A stretch of 64,000 nt of DNA from Octopus sinensis (GCF_006345805.1 NC_043005.1:102052001-102116000), one strand, 5' to 3'. Counted from the first letter of the stretch, positions 37,706 through 51,265 are shown. The notes: generated by a model not told the origin, from the letters alone. Program-made: numbers and translations.

Positions 37706-38259
37706 ATGGGTGGACCAAAATGATCTGACACATTTGGAGGCTTAATAAAAACACAAAATAAGAAATAATGAAAAGAAAAAAATTATTTTCTGAATGTACA
37801 TATAATGCCATTTTATTTCATTAAGTTTTTAAAGTTAGATCAGCTAAATGCTTCTCCTCCTTGTCAACACATTGTTGGAGACGTTCATGAAATTTATCGA
37901 TAACTCTATGGATCATTTCTTCTGGAATGGTGAAATGTGATTTCTTGTTGTGGGGATATTTAAAATGAAAAGTATTCAGTCATCGCCCTCGATCTATTGA
38001 TGAATTAAAACGTGCAATTTGTGTAGAAATAGCAACCATTCCAGAAGAAATGATCCAAAGAGTTATCGATAACTTCCACGAACGTCTCCAACGGTGTGTT
38101 GACAATGATGGGAAGCATTTAGCTGATTTAATTTTTAAGCCTTAATGAAATAAAATGGCATTACATGTACATTCAGAAAATAGATTTTTTCTTTTCATTA
38201 TTTCATTTTTTGTGCTTTTATTAAGCTGCAAATGTGTCAGATCATTTTGGTCCTCCCTG
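37706..38259. mobile_element. fold-back Tc1/mariner-superfamily MITE with ~225-bp inverted arms
   Basis: 37706-37931 is the reverse complement of 38035-38259, with TA on both sides. The loop plus right arm encode CDFLLWGYLK*KVF...ELKRAI...FHERLQRCVDNDGKHL. Confidence 0.88.
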
Positions 38260-38299
38260 TAGTTCCTTATCACGAACATCGGCTTGAGAGAGATATTTT

Positions 38300-38908
38300 T
38301 CCTAAGCTAAACCTTGCTTAAGCAATAGTTATGCAAATGCCACCTTCCGAAACATGTCGCAAAACATGGGTGTTTCCAGCCCAAGGAAACATCTGTCAGA
38401 ATCATCAAGGGATAATTCACTGCGGGTTCGGCCAAGACGCTTGAGCCATCCCACACTCCGAACAACTGGAGCGAATATATGCTATTATGCGTCCAAAAAA
38501 CCTGGCATTGCTAAACAGAAAGCGACTCTTCTGGTGCATGACAACGCATGACATCATACCACTGGAACGAACTGGAATAAACTCGAGGAACTAGAGAGAA
38601 TGGTACTGATGCCAAACCAACTTATAATCTGGACATAGATCTCTCGCATTCTAACTTGTTCTGATCCATGGATCACTTCCTGCGCTCGCGATTCTTCATC
38701 AACCACGACGAGGAGGTAGAAGCTTCTATAAAGGTGTGCTTCGCTTCGAAGGACAAGAACTGGTATCCGTGTGAGATCAAAGAACTGACATAAAGGTGGT
38801 TTCAGACAGCGCAACACGATGGCTTCTACTTTGAATGCTAGGATGCTTTTATTGCAGTAGACGAATAAAACACTGAACAAAATATTGCCAAACGTTTCAC
38901 TAGACAAT
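38300..38908 (+). pseudogene. decayed mariner transposase, C-terminal part
   Basis: LLVHDNA*H...KLEEL...SMDHFLRSRFF...FASKDKNWY...RWFQTAQHDGFYFEC*. Confidence 0.85.
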
Positions 38909-38956
38909 ATTTGCGTGTGTCGATTTGCCCTTCGTCATTTCGGACTCTATAAAGGT

Positions 38957-39190
38957 ACCTATTTCTTTACTACCCACAAGGGGCTAAACACAGAGGGGAC
39001 AAACAAGGACAGACAAACGGATTAAGTCGATTACATCGACCCCAGTGCGTAACTGGTACGTAATTTATCGACCCCGAAAGGATGAAAGGCAAAGCCGACC
39101 TCGGCGGAATTTGGACTCAGAACGTAACGGCAAACGAAATACGGCTACGCATTTCGACCGGCGTGCTAACGTTTCTGCCAGCTGCCGCCT
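38957..39190 (-). mobile_element. SINE family A, full length
   Basis: Family match; ends in GAAATAGGTA. Confidence 0.92.
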
Positions 39191-39520
39191 TAATAAAAGT
39201 ATCATTGCAGTCCATAAAAGTACTTTTATGGACTCTATGAAAGTACTATTGCAGTACAGGGGGTGGGGTCGATATAATCGACTTACCACCTCTTCTTAAA
39301 TTGCTGGCCTTGTGCCAAAATTTGTAATCACTATATGCAGGTAAGCACACAAACACACACATGTGTGTGTATATATGTTTGTGTATTTGCCAAAACGTTT
39401 CAACTTCTTTCATAATTGTATGTCATAGTTCTTAATTCCAAAGTCACACTCTGTCTATAGCATTACATATAGGGACGAAGCAAACATTTCTTTGTGATGC
39501 AATGCCCGTAACTCTTACAG

Positions 39521-39577
39521 TTGCGTACATTTATCTTCAAGAATGTTCGGTGGATGGAGTAGAGTCTTATCTGTCAG
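39521..39577 (+). CDS. candidate 57-nt symmetric exon (AYIYLQECSVDGVESYLS), unverified
   Basis: Acceptor ACTCTTACAG, donor CAG|GTAATC, phase 1-1 open frame. Confidence 0.35.
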
Positions 39578-40285
39578 GTAATCGTATTACACATGAGGCA
39601 ACTATAAGTCTATACCCCGCTAGATGTTTCAGAGATACTGCATATGTATAAGCATGAACACTGATAATTTTAAAAGTGTCAGATGAGGATATGCGATAAA
39701 AACATCAATGTCTAAGTGAAGTAAATATAAGCTCCAACGAGGAACCGAAACCGTCTTAAAGTATTTTAAATTAAGATATTAGTTTACCGTTATCAACACT
39801 AAGCAAATAAGGTTTTCTGAAGGTTATCCTTATTCTTTATGGATGGATTGTGAATTATTTTCTCGTTATCGTAACCAGCTTCGCCGGATTTAAATAGACA
39901 CATCTAGACATTGAAAAAAGTATTGTGTTATCTATACTATTGGGAAGCTTCCTGGTTCAACAATATTTCTCTTTGTTTTCAACTAAACGGCAAATTTCAG
40001 TATGTAGGAGGCACATAAAATTGTTGGGTATCCATTTCTATTTCATGAAAGTGAATGAACTTTCTGAAACGACGTGTCAGTAAGACCACAAACCGAAATA
40101 AAACGGCGGTAACGGACCACCAAAAGACTCATTGTGCTTGTTTAACCCGAAGATAGTTATAATAACGATAGTTTATTGCAAACACGTTACAGCCATGGAT
40201 ACCCCGTACTATCTTCAGTTATATTTCATATAGAAATATTTTATTCAATCTACCCTTAATGTATATAGACGGGATTGTGTGATTT

Positions 40286-40520
40286 GGCGGCGAGCTGGCA
40301 GATTCGTTAGCACGCCGGGCGAAATGCGTTGCCGTATTTCGTCTGCCGTTACGTTCTGAGTTCAAATTCTGCCGAGGTCGACTTTGCCTTTCATTCTTTC
40401 GGGATCGATAAACTAAGTACCAGTTACGCACTGGGGTCGATGTAATCGACTTAATCCGTTTGTCTGTCCTTGTTTGTCCCCTCTGTGTTTAGCCCCTTGT
40501 GGGTAGTAAAGAAATAGGTA
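40286..40520 (+). mobile_element. SINE family A with a 17-bp TSD
   Basis: GGGATTGTGTGATTTGG (40271-87) vs GGTATTGTGCGATTTGG (40517-33). Confidence 0.92.
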
Positions 40521-41784
40521 TTGTGCGATTTGGAGTTGAGATGTCTGACCACAAAAAGCACGCCCACGTAACTGGTTTTCCACTGTTGATATCACCAAGA
40601 AATTCTGGTAGTAGCTGAATTATATTTTGGATCCTAATAAATCCCTACCTTATTTCTCTGGATAAAACTTAGCTCTTAAATAGTGCTATCCAATGTGTTG
40701 CTAACACGTAACATTAAAGTAGGAGCGACGGAGTTTCGTTCACAGTGAAATTACTGTATATCTAAATAGAATTTATTTCACCTTATATTCGTGATTTAAC
40801 GCTAATTCTATTTCAATCTTTATCAACATAACGGCCCAATTAGTCTTTGTGCTCAAAAGAACTGATTTCGGGCCCACTGGCCCTGCCGGTTATAGAATTA
40901 ACACAAATATGTTAATGATATACGCGTAAATTATAGTAGTATACTAAAGATATTCCATAAACATACGATGTCTCTGCGATATATATTAAAACCTAGTAAA
41001 AACTCTATGACACATCATTAATAAACTATAAAATCTCAAAGATATTTCTGTAACATATAAAGATACCTCACTTGTATCCGCTTCAGATGTAATATTATAT
41101 GGACAATCTGTAAGTTACAGCGATATCCGAATGATGTGGTAAATATTAAATGAAAGTAAATCGATATTCTTTGATACTTCTATGATAATACTATGATATA
41201 CATCGTGATAATACTACGTTCATATAGTGCTCTCATATAGTAATATATTTGTATGTCTCAATGATATATTTTGAGATTCAATAATTTTTTTCTCAAATAT
41301 ATTTCCATAAGATACAAAAATTTCAATCACATGTCATTAAGAAAAGAATAATATCTCTGGGATATTACCTTAATACATAGCAATAATCCGCGAGAGTGAC
41401 TTAAGGCAATCGAACTCATTCCAGTCTCTCAATCTCTGCTTATACGCTTGTATTTCTCTGTAATTCTTATACTTATTTCACTCCAGATTACATATTTCTT
41501 AGGAGATTGCAATATAAAAATAAATAAATAAACATGAGTAAATATTGTTGGAATGTACCGAAACACCTCGTCGGTTGTATAACTGTGTTTGTTTTTCTAA
41601 CGATTTCTACCAAACCACAAACAAACTGCAGAAAACCAACAAACACGTAGGATATATAATAATACATTAGCTGTAACAATACTAAAAGTAGAAATAATAA
41701 TAGTAAGAGTAGTAATAATCACAGTGGTAGCAGAAATAGCAACACAAACGGCAGCAATGAAATATAGAAGAGAATAAAGGGAGA

Positions 41785-41855
41785 GTAAGAGAGAGGTGGG
41801 GGGCGAAAGAGAGAGGTGGGGGGGGGCGAAAGAGAGAGGTGGGGAACGAAAGAGA
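41785..41855 (+). repeat. G-rich ~23-bp tandem repeat, 3 copies
   Basis: AAGAGAGAGGTGGGGGG(GGG)CGA units. Confidence 0.8.
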
Positions 41856-43409
41856 AAGAGGGTGAGTGAGGGAGAGAAAAATTAAAGAATAACAGTAAAA
41901 CGATTGTGGTTCAAACAAATAAATTTGCCTCCAATCTATATTTACATATATATATTTGCACTGATTTTAACTTATTCCCTATCGACAGTTTATGCCCTGA
42001 AAATCAGAAATAATAATGTTCGCGACTTTTATATCGATAGAGTGTATTCGCTAATCACATGCTAACTTGCCATTCGATACAACAAAAGGCCACTGAGTTC
42101 AAAATCATGTAGAGTTTTATTCCAAGATCAAGTATGATTCTTGGAATATATTTTCCATTTCAAAAGCAATTACTTTCCACTTACGTATTTTATCGATGCC
42201 ATTTTACCGTTTTATCGACTCTTTTTCACCTCTGTTCTTCTCCTAAATCAGAGTACATTATCAAACAGAAATAGACTTTTGTAATAAATTTAGTTCCTCT
42301 GATGACAATCTGTTTACAATGATATTTTGTTTCTATTTAGTTTGCTTGCAACAAGAGGAGCAGAATAATAGTTACGCCCACTCACGCATACATATATGAA
42401 ATCTTATATGCATACATGCGTACGCGCATATGTTCAAGCATACATACTTATACATACATGTAATTATCTATACTATACTTATATATTTGTACATACAACC
42501 GCTTCTACCGAGAGCAAAAAGAATGAAGGAAAAAGAAAATATTGTAAGTCTTAACACTGTTTTAATATTGTTAATATCCATTCAAGAGAATAGAGAATCT
42601 ATTAAACACCAAGCGTCCAAGAGCTTTCCTGATCAACTCTACATTAAAAAGGAGCATTATGGAATTTGGTATATACTCTAATTACTTGCATAAACAGCCA
42701 TGATTTTTTTCTCAAATGCGAAATTTGATTTTCATATCTGAAACAATAACCAATCCAATGTATCAGACTCTGTCAAAGAAAACTGAGGAACATAAAAAAA
42801 TAATATTCATATCAAAGAATGAGAAAATTGTTACAATCATAATTGCGGGACTATAAACTGTTTACACAAATATCTATATTTTGCAATAATAAATAAAAAA
42901 AACTCTGAATGTTCTGGCGATAGTTGCCCATAAAAAATAACGACAACAGTAACATTCTTATGGTTGATGAATAGCTATATGAGAGATAAGATAATTGGTT
43001 TGATTCGCCTCACGAGAATAGTTAATAATTCAGTAAGAAATAAGAAATTAGATGGAAACTAGAAAGCTATGTTAAGCCTCAAGCGGTAAAAACACAGAAA
43101 GTTCTTTAAGATAATGTTACAGAGATTAAAGAGTTAGATGATGCCCCGAAAATACAAATATATGGAAATTTATGAACTAGAAATAACGTATCATACTTAA
43201 ATGAAGGAATATATTAAAACAGAGTATTGTAGGTGCGTTAGATTAATTCTCAAAATAAAATTAGATTTTAAAAAGAAAATTTTAAACTTCTTACAGTAGC
43301 TCAACCAGTAATAAGATAGCGCTTTCAAGCAAGAGAGTATTCAAGCGAACTGATAAGACGATATAGAAAAAATGTTATTCAGGATACACCATAGAAAAGT
43401 AGACATAGA

Positions 43410-43415
43410 CTATAT

Positions 43416-43479
<64 letters not shown>

Positions 43480-43485
43480 GTATGT

Positions 43486-43560
<75 letters not shown>

Positions 43561-43600
43561 TATATACGTATACATAGGCATACATATACATGCACACATA
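43410..43600. repeat. (TA)n microsatellite (another at 43880-44020)
   Basis: Directly visible. Confidence 0.95.
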
Positions 43601-43908
43601 CATATGTGTGTGTGTACTAAAAGTAGTCACTTTAAAATGATTGGAGACACATAATAAGTAGCTAATAAAAACTCTGTGCATTACTCGTAACAAATTAGAC
43701 TATCGAATTAGTTGAGAACAGAAAACGGTTATTATAATAAATATAAACTTACTAGTAGAATACTATTAGACGATTTGAGAGGGTAAGTTCAAATGATACA
43801 GAGATAAAATTCCTGTACTATCGAAATTAAGGTAAAAATTCTCTAAGTTGGTGTTACTACTATACATAAAAACATGCATACATATATAAGTATATATATA
43901 TTATAATA

Positions 43909-44012
<104 letters not shown>

Positions 44013-44347
44013 GATATATTAAAAATTATATTAAAACTATGTAAAGTGTGTGCATTTTTTCCTTTTTTCATTTCTTATTTATATATAAGTTTAAATATAT
44101 TCGGGAATATACTGAAATTTACGTAAATGATTGTCAGGAGGTCCCCCAACGACAAAAATTAACTTCTTACGGAAACTATTTTTTCATATGCTCTCTCAAT
44201 CGTTAGCAAAAGGCCTCTCAGAATAATAATAAAAAAATTACATACCCCGAAGTCGTTCTGTCTTCTTAAAGCAAACAGTCACCCTCTATTCTCTTGCTTA
44301 GTAAACTCTTTGTCTTTCTCTTTCCCTTACTCTAAACGCTCCTGTAG

Positions 44348-44401
44348 GAGGTAGGACCAGCAGTCGGCAGCCAAATGTCTGAAGAGCATGTGTTTGAAAA
44401 G
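44348..44401 (+). CDS. candidate 54-nt exon (EVGPAVGSQMSEEHVFEK); alternative in-frame donor at 44449
   Basis: Long pyrimidine tract from ~44308 ending CCTGTAG; donors AAG|GTTAGA and AAG|GTTAGT, both in frame. Confidence 0.35.
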
Positions 44402-44556
44402 GTTAGACAAAACCACTCACGCACTAGAAAAATCTTCTTCCCCAAAAAGGTTAGTACAATCCTCATAAAAGAGTTCATAACATATTAAAAAAATAATTTT
44501 TAAAATAATTACCTTTACACTTCAAAAACTGTATTAAGTAATTCTTATAAACTTTG

Positions 44557-44605
<49 letters not shown>

Positions 44606-44779
44606 TCGCGAAACATATCTAAATTTATCTAAGTTTATATATAAAACAAAATGGGGAATGGGGTCTACAATTTATTTTAGCTGTCTAGGGAGAAGTTGAT
44701 TGATGTATTCAAAGATCTTATTAAACTATGAATCTACTTTCATCAGGTAAAATTTTAAACTGGTATATATATATATATA

Positions 44780-45083
44780 TCACGTGATCACGTGACCGAC
44801 CAGACCATCAGATGTTGTTACACATCGCTGGTCACAATGCGTTCGCATTGTTTTAGCCTTCGAATGACGCCACCCCACTGGCTAAGCGAGCAGGCCAACA
44901 GAAGACAGAGTGAGAGAAAGAGTGGTGAAAGAGTACAGCAGGGATCACCACCCCCTGCCGGAGCCTCGTGGAGCTTTTAGGTGTTTTCGCTCATTAAACA
45001 CTCACAACGCCCGGTCTGGGAATCGAAACCGCAATCCTGCGACTGCGAGTCTGCTGCCCTAACCACTAGGCCATTGCGACTCC
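44780..45083 (-). mobile_element. SINE family C, full length
   Basis: tRNA-like head with A box and GGTTTCGATTCCC B box; tail ...GGTCGGTCACGTGATCACGTGAT. Confidence 0.9.
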
Positions 45084-45085
45084 AT

Positions 45086-45120
<35 letters not shown>

Positions 45121-45128
45121 ACACACAC

Positions 45129-45186
<58 letters not shown>

Positions 45187-45187
45187 C

Positions 45188-45354
45188 AGTAATTGAATGA
45201 ATTATCTATTAAGGATAATTCGAAAGATAACCGATACCTGGGTAGCAAATTCACATCAGAAAGAACACGGTTGAAGCTACGTCCCTAGGGCGTATGTCGA
45301 GAATAAAGGATATTTGTTAACTAGTCGTTCAACTCCATTCTTTCATATACTTAT
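45188..45354. mobile_element. rearranged Penelope pLTR fragments
   Basis: 45188-45291 is the reverse complement of ~35042-35146; 45293-45354 matches 34933-34993 in direct orientation. Confidence 0.85.
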
Positions 45355-45959
45355 ATATATATATATAGGTAATGGAAATTATTGATGCATGTTGAACTTG
45401 TTCTTTACATCTTCATCAAGATTTCACTTCACCTGTTTCTATCTGTTTAAGATTTCACCTGAACGTGATGGATTTAGGCTTAGATGCTTAGATGTAATCT
45501 ACAAATACATCATTAAAGTTCTGCCGAAACGCCTGCAATAAATTTTAAACTACATTTGTGACTATTTTTACGCCTACGCCGCGCATAAAACCAAGCTGAA
45601 TTGGATCTATGGTTAAATTGGATTTGTTATTTACATATCTACAGTATCCTACCAACACATTAAACTTGTCTGTTGTAACCCATGTTATTGTACCGACATG
45701 TTGATGTACCTAGATTCAAATGAATAATGCAGCTAATCTCTCTCTCTATATATATTTCTGTATACACACAGACACACACAGACACACACACATATATATA
45801 TAATTTATGGAAAATGGAGACTATGAACACAGAAAATAATCAATTAATTTACATAATAGTGACTTTCATGTCACCTACGCATGTTTCAATTCCTATTTCA
45901 TTCATATTTTAAATTGCATTATAAATTTAAAAGGTTAAAATCTCTTTAGGATAGAGACG

Positions 45960-46270
45960 GCAATAGAAAAGAAATACAATTGCGTCAAATTCTTGGATAT
46001 TCATCTTGATCTAGAAACAGGGATACATAAGCCCTACCAGAAGCCAAATACCAACTTAGATACATTAACGTAAATAGTGACCACCCAAGAAGCATTACAC
46101 ATAGATTAGGTGAAAATATATATAAAAAAGATTTCAAATCTCTACACAAATGGAGAATTTTTTGAACACAATGTGGACTATTATAACTTAATACTACGTA
46201 AAGCAGGATATAAGCAAAAATTAAAATACTATGGACCAAAGGATAACTTTAATAACAAGAATTATACGCA
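45960..46270 (+). pseudogene. Penelope-like RT C-terminal fragment, followed by an A-rich linker to ~46700
   Basis: VKFLDIHLDLETGIHKPYQKPN / LRYINVNSDHPRSIT matches the PLE FLD..LDL.TG..KPY.KPN...HP pattern. Confidence 0.8.
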
Positions 46271-46749
46271 TAAAGCATCATACAAATAAAAATTTAAATA
46301 CTTCGAACCAAGCATAAATTCTAATAAGAACTATACATAAAACGGAATTCACAATTTTAAGATTAAAATAGAGGAAAATAAACATAAAGATAAAATGATT
46401 ACAGATGGATACATAATAATAAGAATAAACACCAAGAAACTTATAGAAAGCATAAATAAGCCAAACACCTATAACAAGGATAGAAACAATAGCGAACCAA
46501 TAAAATTTAAAGATAATCGAATAAAAAGAAGGCCATAAACAAAACAACACCACAATGAAAATTGTAGCGCTTTAAATAAAAATAAAAATAAAAACCTAAA
46601 TAGGGCAGGAAATAACTGAGAACCTAAACGTTGAAAAGAATACTGCAAAACACTACACTCCATGCATACATACAAATATCCTCCTTAAACATTACTGAAA
46701 AAGAATTACTATTAAAATAACATAGTATGGTTCAGAGTGACCCCAAGAG

Positions 46750-47200
46750 TGACATCTAATTTTCCGGCCACTAACACTCTATAGAACTTATACCGACTGG
46801 TATTGCTCAATTGAGAGAGGCTTGTGAGCTCCTGACGTTACCCTTGGTGTCATGCTCCTCGCTTTGGTCTACGCTAGATCCTGAACTGCATGTCAGATAA
46901 AGAGACGAGCTGTGGAAAATCTAATATGAGAAATGGTTAGCACGACTGCTCACAGTCTCAAAAGCACTGGAAATGTCGCAGCCTCAGTACGCATCTGCGC
47001 ATCAGTAGCCACGGCATCCCCAGCCCTCAATTTAGTGCGTGTTGACATCAAATGGAGCCCCTGACCATTCTCTTGTAGGCCGGAGCGGTGAAGAAGAGAG
47101 CTGCTTGGCCGAGGTTCCTTTGGCCTTCGGGATGACCACATAGTGTGTCGTGTCTTGGGCGACCCTGGGTGGATTTTACGCTTATTGGGGACTTGAGTTG
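46750..47200 (-). mobile_element. Tx1/L1-like LINE fragment
   Basis: 46965-47015 is homologous to 52710-52755 (CTGGAAATGT.GCAGCCTCAG...CTGCGCATCA..AGCCACGG). Confidence 0.7.
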
Positions 47201-47319
47201 TTAGACTTTTCTTGTTAATTGTCATTGTTATTTTATTGTTTAGTCGATTTTTGTGTTGAATCACGTTTGTCCATTGTTTTGCATTGTCCTTATTTATTTT
47301 TGTGGCCAATATAAGAAGG

Positions 47320-47325
47320 TAGTAG

Positions 47326-47423
<98 letters not shown>

Positions 47424-47447
47424 CTGTTGTTACCATAATCATCATCA

Positions 47448-47509
<62 letters not shown>

Positions 47510-47510
47510 T
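47320..47510. repeat. compound trinucleotide array (TAC)n-(TGC)n-(TCA)n-(TTA)n
   Basis: Directly visible. Confidence 0.95.
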
Positions 47511-48091
47511 CACTGCCTACTATGGTTTCAGGCGGGACAACCGGTATATCACTGCAATAATTTCTGTAAAATAATTGATAATAATAAAATAATAAATTCA
47601 GTATATATTAAATAATTTGTAAAATCAGCCTAGCAATTACAACCTGGGTGCATTCTTAAAAGTTTTTGGAAAAAATGATTTATAAAGTTGTATGGACCTA
47701 AGTAGATGAATAATATTTTATGCACACACAGATTACAGAGAATGTATATTCTATATACCTTTGGAAAATATTTCAACGTGTAAATGATTCTAATATTAAT
47801 CGTCATTCATGCCTCGCTCTAACGTGTTGCCATTTCGATAATAATACGTATAAAATTTATTAATATAAGGATAGCTTCTCAATACATACAGACTGAAGAA
47901 AGCTTAATCAACACTGCCTGAGTATACAACTGGTAGCTATATTACCAAAATGGATGGGTGTTTTGGCCTCAACGCGATTTGAACTTAGAAATATAAACAT
48001 AAGAAAATGATAAAAGGAAAATGCTATTCAATTCCTTGGTTTACAGAATTCGCATAACAACCCCAATGATAGAATGCTTGAAAGAAAATTC

Positions 48092-48138
<47 letters not shown>

Positions 48139-48964
48139 GCATCGTGTTCATTTATCGATTAGGAAGAAAAAGAACCTTAAAATATACAAACTAAAAGATG
48201 CATTTTTCTTCCTCGATTAAATATAAATGATTTCTTATTGCATCACAACACTTTGATAGTTTTTTCAATATACTAAAGAATATATAAATTCCCTTTGTGA
48301 GATGTTCAAATTTTACCCCAGGAAATGAGATTTAATATCAAAGCAACAATCTTTTCCATGTACATTTTTATTTTACTTTTCTTTTCAAATTGCATCATTC
48401 AAACAGACGACACACTTCCTGAATAAAATAAATGAACAACACAAACATATATTTTTTTCTAATAAAACTAAATCATTTAAACGCACGAACGAACGTCTAC
48501 GAAAGCAGAAATATATACATATGTACGTTCATATGTATGTGTGTGTATATGTATATATCTGTATGTATGTGTATACATGTGTATACATATATATGTGTAT
48601 ATTTAAAACTATATATATATACACACATAATACACACGCAAACTTAGGCGTATATATGAAAGTATATATGAAAGTATATATGTACGTATGCCTGTGCACG
48701 CACGTGTATGTATTTACACGAGAGTGTTGAATTTCGAAGAAAGGAGAACAACGAGGTGCAACGTATATGGTGTACAGCGTAGGTCTCATTAGAACAGTTT
48801 GTTTTTTTAGCGACACGAGTTTCATGCCACTGCGATCTTCAAGCGTTAACATTTTCAGTTCACCCTTGCTAGTGAATATTCAGTGCTGTATGTATGATCG
48901 CATGCTAGTATATATTCATTAGTTTGCACTTTGCGTTCAGTTTTTATTTTTTTGTCTCTTTCTC

Positions 48965-49471
48965 CACTGTACCCATCATGACTCCCCGTCTAATAAGGGT
49001 ACACTAGGCACATGCAGCACAACCATATGCGCGCGACATTGTGATTTCATATAAAGATAAACAGCACATCACATTGCGGGTGGGGCCCAGTTAGAATTTT
49101 CTTCTGGTCGAGTAACCCATTCCGCTCAAACGGTCCCTGAATAAGAGTTGTTTAAGGTTGTTGAACGAACCACCCATGTTTCCAGAGGTGAATTATTCAA
49201 ACCGCAAAGAATCCCTCTCAACACTTGGCCATGATGCTCCTCCACTACTTCTGCTCATGATCAGAGATGCACATATCGTCAGCCACTGGGGAACAAGCTC
49301 AACTGGTTAAGGCCAAACAACTGACGAGCGAATCTGTGGTATTGAGCAGAATATTTGCTGTAGCCCATCTTTTATACCAAGACAAAACAATGTACATGAT
49401 AACACTTCCAGTCAGTTAAGATCAGAAGCCACGAGAGCCTACTACCCTGAACTGCATCTGGGCATTTATTA

Positions 49472-49525
<54 letters not shown>
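48965..49525. mobile_element. unclassified interspersed repeat candidate ending in (ATT)n
   Basis: GC-richer ~500-bp block abutting an (ATT)n tract; resembles a repeat I recall from octopus DNA; single copy in this window. Confidence 0.3.
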
Positions 49526-49526
<1 letters not shown>

Positions 49527-50989
49527 AACAATATCATCATCATGACTGATATTCTTCTTCTTCTTTGAGTTCATGTCGTTCTTCTAAACCGCTAATCTGT
49601 CCGAACATCGTTTTCCCTTTCATCAGTATTCGAAGCAGTTTTCTAGCAATTTTTAACTGTATTAATTTTTTGAAAGTTATTTTCATAAATGAAGTATTCA
49701 GCATTGAAAGTTTGCTGCAAACTAAAACAATGTTTGTTAAGAACATTTTCTTTCATATCATTTTAAAGTACTTCACGAGGAACGCCCACCAAAACAATCA
49801 TACGGTTAAATTGTGGAGTGATAAAAATATTATGCTGCAAAATCTATTCACTTTTATTTATAAAATATTGACATATCTGCAGAGAATAGTATGGCCGAGG
49901 GCTGTTCTTGGTAAAAAACAGCAACAAAGCAACACACTCAAACGAGCGCAATAACACACAGAGATACACACACACATACAGGCTTGCTTTTTAGAATTTA
50001 TGTATCTCCGTCTGTCTTAATGATAGTAATTTAAGTACCAGATCAATAACATCTTTTGAAAATATGAGTTGCAACAGATAATCTTCGGATATAGTGCACA
50101 CAGACAAATAGAAATCTAATGATTGCATTATGTAACAGAAAGAAGTGGTCGGCCTCTTGAAGCTATGAGACGAGTGAGATAGAATAACAAAGCTTTTGTT
50201 TCTACATTTCAAAAGTTCCATTTGTAGGCAGCTCTTCCTGATGTGCGGTATAACATTTTCAACATCGTGCTTGAGATTACATAATATGGCACTCCATCTT
50301 GTTTTGAAAAAATACAATTGGGCAAAAACCTTTCAGCAGGTATTTTCTTTATTGTTTCTTCATAAATGGACAAGATTTTAGTGGTTGACTGTTTTTCACT
50401 GTCTCCTGACAGAAGTTTTCCTTTACAAGAAAGAAAATTGAACTGGAGATGCACGTAGCCGCAAGATATCCGATCTGACTCTAACAATTATGCTAGTGCA
50501 AAACATTCTATACGGCTCTCTCATAAATCTGGAGAATTTGCTCTCTTAGACAAATCCAGTAATAAATATGACGAAAAATCAATAAGGCCATCTTTAAAAG
50601 TAATTTGTGACATCGCTGAGATCTGGTTTGTAATTACTAGCCAGGTGTAAATATTGTAACAAATGACAGGAAGATTGTCAGAGTTAAAGTACCGATATAT
50701 GGTATTATGTGGTCGGGTGAAAATATACAAGTACATATAATCCAAGAGACGATACAAGGAGTGAATTTTTGTGCCCTGACGCCATTATTGAAACGCATAA
50801 ATTAATAATAAAAATGGTTTAAGTTTTAGTTCAAGGCCAGCAATTTTAGATCAAGTCGACATCATCGCCCCCAGTGCCTACTACTACTAATACTACTACT
50901 ATTGATAATAATAATAATCAGGGAGAAAAGAAGGATGAAACTTTCACAAAAAATTGTGGATACAAAAGTTTTAAAATGTTCTAGAGATA

Positions 50990-51265
50990 TTCGTTTGCAT
51001 GTCCGATCAGAAAAGACTAGTGTTTTCGCAATTAAAAGGAGGTTTACATTTTGAATACTTAGGAAGAAAGGAAAGGATAGGTATTCGCAGAAGTTGGAAA
51101 TATTAACGTGTTCGTGATCGGAGCGTTGGGCTCAATCCGATTGAAATTTCAAGACTTTCTTAAGGCAACTGGAAATCCTATGCAAGATTGATGTGTTGCA
51201 AAAAGCAGCCTTATTGGACACTGTGCACATGTTAAGAAAAGTATTATCTGTCTAAGAACCCTATT
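50990..51265 (+). mobile_element. R4/Dong-like LINE 3' end (REL C-terminus)
   Basis: VFVIGALGSI...IDVLQKAALLDTVHMLRKVLSV*. Confidence 0.7.

Noticed and set aside
45985-46553. Hydrophobic minus-strand ORFs suggesting a mitochondrial insert or membrane protein
   Set aside because: They are the antisense of the PLE RT fragment and its A-rich linker.
47253-47438. Poly-Leu ORF (also the poly-Asp ORF at 53830-54066)
   Set aside because: Trinucleotide microsatellite translations.
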